The notes beneath the pieces are model-generated. The model was not told the origin of the DNA. It saw only the letters and a program-made list of their open reading frames with translations, and did no database searches. The translations under genes and the position numbers were made by a program. 64,000 nt of DNA, taken from positions 4,286,857 to 4,350,856 of the forward strand of contig JBNZDD010013693.1 of assembly GCA_050575255.1 (NCBI GenBank). Reading direction: 5' to 3'. Below, piece by piece: positions 13,641 through 23,169 of the stretch; position 1 is the stretch's first letter, and the number at the start of each line of letters is the position of its first letter. This DNA is from Harriotta raleighana. Lineage: Eukaryota.

Positions 13641-14056
13641 AGCGATATCTGCCGACCGCCATACACATACACAGTGACACCTGTCAGCCGCCACACACAC
13701 AGCGACACCTGCCGGCCGCCACACACACATACATACACTCACACACCATACACTCACACACACAGCGACACCTGCCGGCCGCCACACACACATACATACA
13801 CTCACACACCATACACTCACACACACACCGACACCTGTCGGCCACCACACACACACACTATACACACATTCACACCATTCACACACGATACACACACCNT
13901 AGAAACACACACACACCGACACCTGTCGGCCACCATACACACACACTATACACACATTCACACCATTCACACACGATACACACACCTGCCGGCCTCTCTG
14001 ACATGGAGGTGGTAGACGAGGTCTCCTTCAGGTTGATCCGGCTCCAAGGTGACATC

Positions 14057-14380
14057 ATAATAATAATAATCCTTGCATTTGATGTAGCGCTTTTCACATC
14101 TTCTAGACGTCTCAAAGCGCCTCACAGAATATACTGTAAAGTGAATTGATTGTATATTTGTGGACGAAACAGGGCAGCCAATTGCGCACAGCAGCGTCCC
14201 CCCCACACAAACAGTCCTGGATTGAAATGACCAATTTCATTATTGTTTTGTTTGAAGGAATTATTATCAGACGTGTGGAGTAAGGAAACTTACTCAAGGT
14301 TTCGCCCTGACCTGCCTGGAATCGAACCCAGGTCTCTTGCTTGAGAGACGACAGCTCTAACCACTGAGCTACAGGACTCC
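14057..14380 (-). mobile_element. Near full-length tRNA-derived SINE with intact Pol III A and B boxes
   Basis: Minus strand GGAGTCCTGTAGCTCAGTGGTTAGAGC...GACCTGGGTTCGATTCCAGGCAGG (A-box TAGCTCAGTGG, B-box GGTTCGATTCC), with tail ...atcaaatgcaaggattattattatt. Confidence 0.85.
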
Positions 14381-14609
14381 ACATGCCCCACGGAATGTCC
14401 CACGGTATCAATCCCACCCTCTGTGACGGTCTCTGGGTCCAGTTCCTGAGCCTGGTGGGTCCCGGGCACTGCCAATGAACCCTCTCACTCAGCGCCTGTT
14501 AAGGTCCTCAAGTCCGAGTCGGAGAAGCAGTGGGAAGCCTCGCCCGACAGTGATATCGATGTGGGTTTTAGCTGTTTAGATTCCCGTAGCTAACCCCAAT
14601 GCATGGTCT

Positions 14610-16530
14610 AAGGCTTTTTGTGACTGGTGTATAAGACATCCAAGTCCCTCTGAACACTAACAATGTCTCGTCTCCCCAACCTCTAGAAAAGAATCCGCTT
14701 TTCCATTTTTACTACCTAGATGAATAACTTCACATTTCCCCACATTATATTCCATCTGCCACCTTCTTGCCCAATCACCTAGCCTATCCATATCCCGTTG
14801 CATTATTTTTGTGTTATCCTCAGAGCTTATTCTCCCAACTGGTTTTGTATCATCCATGAATTTAGATATTTTAAGTTCTATGTCCTTGTCTGGATCATTG
14901 ATATAGATTGTAAATAGTTGAGGCCCAAACACTGATCCTTGTGGCTCTCCTCTAGTCACATCCTGCCAATGTGAGAAGTACCTGTTTATCCCTAATCTCT
15001 ATTTTCTTCCCGTTAGCCACTCTTCGATCCATGCTAATACATTGCATTTAATTCCATAGGCCCTAATCTTGTATAGCAGTCTTTTATGTGGCAACATGTT
15101 GAATGCCTTCTGAAAATCCAAATACACATCTACTGGTTCCCCACTATCTAACCTGCTAGTTACATCCTCAAAAAACTCTAAAAGATTTGTTAAGATTGAC
15201 TTCACCTTTGTAAAGCCATGTTGACTCTGTCTAATCATGTTATCATCTTCTAAGTACAATACCTCACTACGATGTCCCTACTTAAGGATTCTAGAATGTT
15301 CCCTACCACCGATGTCAGACTAACTGGTCTATAGTTCCCCATCTTCTCTCTCCCACCCTTCTTAAATAGTGGTGTGACGTTTGCAATCTTCCAATCAATG
15401 GAAACCAGAGAATTTTGGAAGATCAAATTCAAGGCATCCACTATCTCATCAACCGCCTCTTTTTAAACCCTAGGATGCAGATCAAATCCAGGGGATTTGT
15501 CATTTTTCAATCCCAACAGTTTCCCTAGTACTAATTCTTTATTGATGTTAATTTCCTTAAATTGCTCACAATCATTAGCTTCTTGATTCAGTTCTATTTT
15601 TGATAAGGTTTCAATGTCTTCTAAAGTGAAGCCAGAAGCAAAGTATTTATTTAATGACTCGGCCATATCTTTATCCACCATTATAATTCCTCCCGTCTCT
15701 AACTGTAACAGACCCACTTCACTTTTGCTAGTCTCTTCCTCTTTATGAATTTGTAAAAGCTCTTGCAATCTGTCTTTATGTTGCTAGCTAGTTTGCCCTC
15801 ATAATCCATTTCCTCCCTCTTAATCAGTTGCTTAGTTTCTCTTTGTTGATCTCTGAAGACCTCCTAATCCTCAGGCTTACTGCTCTTTTGAGCAGTATTA
15901 TAAGCCTCTTCTTTTAATTTTATACTTTCCCTTAGCCATAGTTGAACCACTTTCCCCATGATACTTTTATTCCTTAAGGGAATATGTGATCACTGGAAAT
16001 TATTTACTACAGTATATCTTTAAATGTTTGCCATTCCTGCCATATTCTTTAATCTAATTCCCTGGTCTATTTTAGTTAAATCCTCCCTCATTCCTGCAAA
16101 GTTGGCTCTAGTAAAATGTAAGACCCTTGCTTCAGGCTTAACTTCATCTTTCTCTAACTCAATGCTAAATTCCATCATGACCTGGTCACTCTGCCCTCGA
16201 GGAGCCTTAATATCTATATTGCTGATTAGCCTTGTTTTGTTACACAAAACAAGGTCTAGGATCATCTGTGCCCTGGTTGGTTCTTAAGCATCTGATCTAG
16301 AGAACTACCTCTGAAGCATTCTATAAACTCCTCCTCTAACCTACTTTTGCCAACTTATTTTTTCCCAATCTTTTTGAAGATTTAAATCACCCATATTAGA
16401 GTATTATCTGCTTCATACCCCTCTAATTTCTTCATTAATACCCTGCGCAATACTGTGACTGCTATTTGGGGGTCTATAAACTAATCCCACTCATGTTTTC
16501 TGCCCTCTGTTATTTCATACTTCTACCCAT
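14610..16530 (-). mobile_element. Decayed CR1 LINE ORF2 (endonuclease-RT) fragment
   Basis: Frameshifted minus-strand ORFs carry [71 protein letters not shown] and KFMDDTK. Confidence 0.93.
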
Positions 16531-16769
16531 TCTTGACCCTGATTTTGCTGATAGGGAGTTTAGGGAGAACAGAGGATAATGAGAATGTGGAACTCAGTGC
16601 CAGAAGCTGTGGGTGAAGCGAAAACTCATCAACATATTTAGGATTATGGTTAGGGAGTACAGAGAATAGAGGAATACTATATAGGTGAATAAGAGTGATG
16701 GAGGCTGGTGTGGGGTGTAAACACTGCCATGAACTTGTTGGGCCGAATGGCCTATTTCTGTTCTGTTTC

Positions 16770-17220
16770 TGTTCTGCCCGCTGAGCAGAGAGTGTGGACA
16801 GGTTGGTAGGGGGTTAGGAGGTTGCAGAAGTAGGGTGAGGCAAGGCCATGCAGGGCTTTAAAGGAGGTCCAGTATCTTGAATTGAATTCTCTGGATAGGA
16901 AACCAATGGAGTCGGGCTGGAATGGGGTCACGGAGCTTGGTGCAGGAGAGGACATGGGCTGCAAAGTTCTGGATGATCAGCAGCTTATGGAGGGAGGACT
17001 TGGGAAGGCCCACAAGGGTGTTGGCACATGTTGAGCCTGGACGTGATAAAGGCAATGAATGATAGTTTCAGCGATCTGAGGGGTGAAGTAGAGTCAGACA
17101 GTGCGGCTGAGATGAGGGAAGCAAGAGCGGGTGTGGGGGAGGAAACAGTTGAGGATCGAACAAGACATCTAGGTTCCTGACTGGTTTGGTGAGGTGGAGT
17201 GTGCAATTCCAGAAAGTAGT
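16770..17220 (-). mobile_element. L2 LINE fragment
   Basis: Minus-strand ORFs LPKSSLHKLLIIQNFAAHVL...LHWFPIQRIQFKIL match L2 ORF2 C-terminal motifs. Confidence 0.8.
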
Positions 17221-17384
17221 AGGCACCTGTTAACCCTGCAGCCAACACCCAAAAGGGTAAACAAGATCTAAGACTTGTGGACCTTAGAGTGTGTGTTGGG
17301 GGTAAGTGCTGGGATACTAACCAGCTAAAACCACATAGTTCAACATTGATGTCACTTTCCCGCTGCTTGTCCAATTAGGACAAC

Positions 17385-17632
17385 CCTATTCCATCCCCCA
17401 GTGCCTTCGCCTCGCTTCCTCGCTTTTCTCCTTCAAGGCCGGTCTCAAGACCTTTCTCTTCGACCGTGCCTTCAGCTCCCCTCTTGACTCTCTACCCCCT
17501 CCTCGCTCCCTCCCTCCCATCCCCTCGCCCTGATCATTTTCCCCTGCTCGGGTCCTGAACCAACTGTCCAATGCCTTGGGACGTCCTCCCGACGTGAAAC
17601 ATGCTCTATAAATGCAATCTTGTTGTTGTTGT
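17385..17632 (+). mobile_element. L2 3' end with type B tail (...gccttgggacgtcctcccgacgtgaaa...ttgttgttgtt)
   Basis: ttcaaggccggtctcaagacctttctcttcgacc (FKAGLKTFLFD) followed by a stem-loop tail and (TTG)n. Confidence 0.8.
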
Positions 17633-17999
17633 TTTGAACGTTGGCTGCAGGGTTAACAGCAACCAAGTGGGATGACTCCATGCCTCCAGTAACTGATCTA
17701 CCCTTCAAGGTGCTGTCGATGAGCCAGACTAGATGTGTGTCATCAGCAGTGTCCTGGAATACTGCAGACATATCCCAGGTGTATCCAGGCAGACAGGCGT
17801 TCAGTTTAATGTCTCATCTGAAGGCCACAATCCTCCCCTCCTCTCCCCCAAACCCCTATCACCGTCCTCCGTACTTCATTGGAAAGTCAACATGGAAAAT
17901 ATGAGTTATAGTCTCAAGGTGGAACTGGAACTCACAATTTTCTGATTCAGAGGGAAGAATGCTACTTTCTAAGATGATAGAGCTGAACTGACACAGCTC

Positions 18000-19810
18000 T
18001 GGCCTCCACCAAATCATCCTTCTACTCCAGGATAATCCTGGAGGCAAAGGACAACCCCAGGCTCCTGTTCTCCACAACAAACCTGATCCTCCACCCTCCC
18101 CACCATGCCTTGCAAATTCTTTCCTCCAATTCACATTGCGAGGAGATGCTGGATTTCCTTGAGTCCAAAATCGAGGGAATCCTCTCAGCTGTCACCACCC
18201 TTCCAACTTCCAGCCCCTCCCCACCTCCCTCCCACACTCCGTCTCCTACATATCCCTCCTTTCACACCTTCAAACCCATCTCTCCATGCTGTCATCACCA
18301 CCATATCCTCCATGAAGCCCACCACCTGCTCCCTGGACCCCATCCCTTTCCTTACCTCCCAGCTTCATCTCCTTTCTCCACTAATTGCTGACACAATCAG
18401 TCTGTCCCTTTTATCCGGCATTGTTCCCATTTCTTTCTCAACAGCCACGATCATCCCCATCATTAAGAAATCTTCCCCTGATGTGTCGCAGCTTTCAAGC
18501 TACCGGCTCATCTCCAACCCCCCTTTTTTGTCAAAGATCCTTGAAAGAGTCGTTGCCTCCCAGCTTTGCTCCTTTCTCTCAACCCACTCCCTCCACAAAC
18601 CTCTCCAATTGGGCTTCCATGCTGCCCACAGCAGGGAAACTGCTCTGGTCAAGGTCACAGATGATAATAATAATAATCCTTGCATTTGATATAGCGCTTT
18701 TCACATCTTATCAACGTCCCACAGCGCTTCACAGAATATACTGTAAAGTGAATTGACTGTATATTTGTGGGCGGAACGCGGCAGCCAATTGCGCACAGCA
18801 ATGTCCCACAAACAGTCATAGATTGAAATGACCAATTTTATTATTGTGGGTTTTTTTGGAGGGATTATTATTAGGCATGTGGAGTAAAGAAACTTGCCCA
18901 AGGTATCCTGAGCATTTGTGACCAGGGCTACCTCTGCCTCCTCATCCTCCATGTCCTATCCAGCGTCTTCAATACCATGGATCACTCAATCCTTCTCCGC
19001 GGCCTCTCAACCTTCAAGGATCTGTCCTTGACTGGTTCCAGTCCACACTGCCTCCACTGTGTTCCGGTCCACACTGCCTCCACTGTGTGTCCGCCAATGG
19101 GTTTTCCTCCAGCCTCCGCACCGTTGTGTGGTGTTTCTCAGGGCTCTTTCTTTGGCCCCCTCTTCACCCTCTACATGCTCCCCTTGGTGATATCATCCTC
19201 AGACGAGGGGTAAATTTCCACGTTTGCGAATGACACCCAACTCTATCTTACCGGAACCAATCAAGGACAAAGACTTGAAGGTTGAGGAGGGAGAAGAGGT
19301 GGTGGAGGAGGATTGCGTGGTCTACAGTCCCAAAGGCGGCAGACAGATTGAGGAGGATGAGGAGTCCTGGTCACAGTTGGTCAGGATGTCATTTGTGACC
19401 TTGACCAGAGCAGTTTCCATGCTGTGGGAAGCATGGAAACCCGGCTGCACTCTTCATTTCTTGAAGGCAATCAGGAACCTGGGTGTTTTATTTGACCCTG
19501 AACGGTTCTTCCTCCCCCACATCCGCATCATGACTATTTAGGATCTTACCCCCTCCTATCTCTCTGACCTGCTGACTCCCTATGAACCTGTCTGTCCCCT
19601 CTGTTCAGTGGGCTCCAGTCTGCTCCATGTCCCCCACCTGACCCGCCATATCATCGGTGAATTGGCTTTCAGCCTCTCTGCCCCCAAAATTCTGGATCTG
19701 GATCCCACAGTGCCTTTGCCTCGCTTCCTCCCTTGCCTCCTTCAAGACCCTCCTCTTCGGCCTTCTGCTGCCCTCTCTGCTCCCTCCCTCCCTAACTCTC
19801 TCTCTTCTCC
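18000..19810 (+). mobile_element. L2 LINE RT fragments, interrupted by a minus-strand SINE (~18662-18905) and a rearranged segment
   Basis: ORF 18105-18689 reads KPTTCSLDPIP...SYRLISNPPFLSKILERVVASQL...GFHAAHSRETALVKVTDD. The L2 frame resumes after the SINE (gatgat|...|atcctg), then SQGSFFGPLFTLYMLPL. Confidence 0.85.
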
Positions 19811-20089
19811 CTAGCAGAAGCTGAATCAAATACTGAAATTCATTATAGCAACAAAAATCCATCTGAAGCACTCTTGGACCCAGTGTCCATATCACAGAGG
19901 GCATGTGGTGCTACAGATGGCAAGTTTGAAGCAGCTTGGTTGCAGTTATTTAAAATCTTGGCTGAGCCAAGGAACCTAATTTTGAAGTTGCATGTTCCTA
20001 AAAATTTGGCATGTTCTGGGGACGGAAAGAGAAAACATTGAACCCAATGAAGAAGCCTAAAGGATTTATTCTAAAGTGGAGTGACTTAT

Positions 20090-20420
20090 AGGTGAACACA
20101 ACAGCCAATTTGGCCTCAGAGATGTCCCACAAACAGCCTTGAAGTGTGCAATCAATCTTATTTTGGAGATTTGGGGCCAGGACACTGGGAGAAACTCTCT
20201 TCTCCTTTCCAACATTTTTGTTGGTCTTTGACGCCCACCTGAACAGACAAATGGTACTTTGTTTAACCATCTCATCCAAAGGACAACACATCCAACAATG
20301 CAGCACATCCCTAGCAATGCATTGCAGTATCAGCCTAGACTGTGAGCTCAAGTCTTGATATGTGACCTGAATCCAAATCCTTCAGATTCAGGCAAGAGTG
20401 CTACCAACACAGCTAGACAC
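20090..20420 (-). mobile_element. Deu-domain SINE copy
   Basis: ggtctttgacgcccacctgaacagac...gtttaaccatctcatccaaaggacaacacatccaacaatgcagcacatccc...cagcctagactgtgagctcaagtc...ggcaagagtgctacc. Confidence 0.7.
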
Positions 20421-21569
20421 CATTGTTGAAATGTCTCAAGGTGCTTCATAGGATTGTAGTATGAGTGTCGAGAGTGTATTTGCAGGCAAATGCAGCAGTT
20501 AATATGTGTACAGCAATTCCCCAGATTCAGGAAATAAAGCTTTTATATACATTGTAACCCCGTTATAATGTGATCTCTGGGAATAGCAAGCTTGACTGCA
20601 CATGCAGTGAAAAAAAGTCAACTTCCAGGTCATTGGGTCAACACAATGTTCCGGTTTGCTGTGCATGTGCAGAGCAAGAATTGACATTAGTTGTCACTAA
20701 ATAAAGTGGAAGTCAGCTACTTTAGCACAAATTACTCTTTTTCATTATACGTTCATTGCTTGTGTATGTAATGAAGGGGAACCACAGTTCAAATTCAACT
20801 GCTTCACAAGTGAGTTTCTACTATTGAAGTCACAAGATTGTTCTGGCTGAAGGAGTCCTTTGCTCAGTGGTTAGAGCACTCTTCTCACAAGCGAGAGACC
20901 TGGGGTTGATTCCCGGCAGGGAATTCTTCATTGTTTGCTCAAAAATTGAATGAAAAACAAGGTTACACAGAAGACAATGATCAATGCCCGAGGCCTGAAC
21001 TCCCACCCACGATTGTCTTAAAATTTAAGATCACATTGAAATTCTTAAGAAAATCTTCAATTGAATCTCAATTTGGAAACCAGGTTTCTACAGTTCTTAA
21101 AATGAAATCTGCTTAGAAATCAAGACCAAATTCAAAAGAGTTTTTCATAATTCTGACATCTTGTAGAAACTCATGGGCTACGATGAGGTGGGATTTTGGG
21201 CTTTGTGTTAAGCTGCTGGAATTTAACCAGCTAAGATCACATTGCTGGCTATTGAAAGCATTGTAGAAAAACTTTCCGTTATGTGCTAAACTAATAGCAA
21301 TCTTTCCTTTGAATCAGAAGATAGCTAGTTCATTTGGGGCTTTGAACTCATCAAGTCTTGCCTAATGAAAGGAATCTGGAACCCTATTCCCCAAAAAGGC
21401 AGTGGATACTGGATCTATTTACATCTGCAAGACTGAGATGGACAGATTTTTTTTAAGATCAGGGTATCAAGGGATATGGGGCTTGAGGTCCAGATCAGCC
21501 TTGATCTTGTAGGAACAGGCTCAAGGGGCTGAATGGCCTGTACCTAAGTTCATTTCTATGATTTGTCTC

Positions 21570-22222
21570 TCTTGTTTCACCCTGAAACTGTCCTTTCTCT
21601 CCCACATCCACACCATGACCAGCATTGCCTTCCACCACCTCCGTAACATTGCCAGATTCTATCACACATTCCGCCAATGCATTTGTCGCATCAAGGCTTG
21701 ACTATGAAAACTCCCTCATCGGCCTTCCCAGCTCTTCTCTTCAAAAACTGCAGATAATCCAGAACTCTGCAGCACGTGCCCCCACTCCCACAAGGCTCCT
21801 TAACCCCATCACTCCCACTCTCGCCCGGCTTCATTGGCTCCCCATCCTCCAGAGGATTGAATTCAAGATCCTCATCCTCACTTTCAAGCCCCCTCCTATG
21901 TCTCTGACCTGCTGACTCCCTATCAATCTGCCTAACCCCTGCATTCAGTGGGCTCCGGTCTGCTCCATGTCCCCCACCCTACCATCAGTGGATGGGCTTT
22001 CACCCTCTCTGCCCCCACATTCTGGAACTCCATCCCACAGTCCCTTTGCCTCGCTTCCGCCCTCGCCTCCTTCAAGGATGGTCTCAAGACCTTCCTCTTC
22101 AATTGTGCCTTCTGCTGCCCTCCCAACTCTCTCCCTTCCCCTCCCCAACACCTGCCCCCGTGCTCGGGTCCTGATCCCTGACTCTTCAGCGACGTCTAAT
22201 TGTAATTTTGTTGTTGTTCTGT
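21570..22222 (+). mobile_element. L2 3' fragment abutting the ILRUN promoter
   Basis: ORF 21625-21915 reads AFVASRLDYENSLIGLPSSSLQKLQIIQNSAAR...LHWLPILQRIEFKILILTFK. It continues as APTFWNSIP...FKDGLKTFLF and ends in (TTG)n. Confidence 0.88.
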
Positions 22223-22289
22223 GATTTCCTGGCCAACAATCACCTCCCCTCCTGTTTCCCCCCCCCCCCCCTATCCTTGCGGCAGGTTT

Positions 22290-22612
22290 GAATTAGGCGC
22301 GTTATGACGCGACCGGTAGGTGGGGCGTGGCCAATGTGACGCATGCGCAGTGTGACCAGCGGGGGGAGGGGGAGGATACGCATGCGCGCTGGCGGCGGCG
22401 GGAGGAGGCGGCGAGGCCTCGGCCTGGAGTTTACACGTCACACCGTGAGCGCGGGGGGGCCCCACCGACACACAGCCCGGGCCCGAGGCCGGCAGCGAGT
22501 GCTCAGCATCAGCGAGGCGAGTCAGACAGCGAGGGCCGGGGAGTGAGCAGCGGACAGCGGTGAAGAGAGAGGCGGCGGCGGCGGCGCCCGCAACACACAG
22601 CGCAGCGGCGCC
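22290..22612 (+). promoter_or_regulatory. ILRUN CpG-island promoter and 5' UTR
   Basis: TGACG half-CRE (~22305), GGGGCGTGG GC-box (22322-22330), CCAAT (22331-22335), two NRF1-like ACGCATGCGC sites (22339-22348 and 22378-22387), and a strong Kozak context gccATGg. Confidence 0.8.
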
Positions 22613-22767
22613 ATGGACGTGGACATGGAGCTGGACCAGGACCTGATGCAGAAGTTCAGTTGTCTGGGCACCACCGACAAGGACGTGCTGATCTCCGAGT
22701 TCCAGAGGCTGCTGGGCTTCCAGCTCAACCCCGCTGGCTGCGCATTCTTCCTGGACATGACCAATTG
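22613..22767 (+). CDS. ILRUN: ILRUN (C6orf106) exon 1, UBA-like domain
   Basis: MDVDMELDQDLMQKFSCLGTTDKDVLISEFQRLLGFQLNPAGCAFFLDMTN(W); donor TG|GTGAGT at 22768; 155 nt, phase 2. Confidence 0.96.
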
Positions 22768-22794
22768 GTGAGTCCCGCGGCTTCTCTAGGCCGN

Positions 22795-22951
22795 CAGGAC
22801 CTGATGCAGAAGTTCAGCTGTCTGGGCACCACCGACAAGGACGTGCTGATCTCCGAGTTCCAGAGGCTGCTGGGCTTCCAGCTCAACCCCGCTGGCTGCG
22901 CATTCTTCCTGGACATGACCAATTGGTGAGTCCCGCGGCTTCTCTAGGCCG
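22795..22951 (+). other. Duplicate of the ILRUN exon 1 3' part and donor after a single N (probable assembly/haplotype overlap)
   Basis: 157-bp copy of 22637-22793, joined by N at 22794. It differs by one synonymous base (AGT at 22660 vs AGC at 22818). Confidence 0.85.
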
Positions 22952-23169
22952 CTGGCCGGGGCCGCTCCACCTCCCCCCCCGAGTCCCCAAACCTTACCCT
23001 GTCCTGCCCCGGGCGGGCGGCGGCGGCGGCTGCTCTCCAGGCCTGTGTTTGTAGTTGTTCCTCTGCCCCTGGGATTACACAAGTCAGGCGGGGACTCTTG
23101 CCCGGCGAGAGGGGGCGGCTGCCCACAGGTGACCGCACTGCAGAGAGCAGCTCCTCCTCCCCCCACCCC

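Noticed and set aside
12732-14149. Long His/Thr-rich ORFs of 427 and 446 aa
   Set aside because: They are translations of the 34-bp CA minisatellite, open in several frames and antisense to UHRF1BP1.
17230-17656. piggyBac MITE (TTAA-CCCT...AGGG-TTAA)
   Set aside because: The same motif occurs internally in other copies of an old repeat (~38160, ~41003), and homology extends beyond the supposed right end, so these are unlikely to be true termini.
20852-20925. tRNA gene
   Set aside because: It has A/B-box-like sequence but matches the SINE head family, and I could not form a complete cloverleaf with an acceptor stem.
22795-22929. Second functional ILRUN exon 1 or mutually exclusive exon
   Set aside because: It starts right at an N, lacks its own ATG and is identical except for one base, which fits an assembly overlap.
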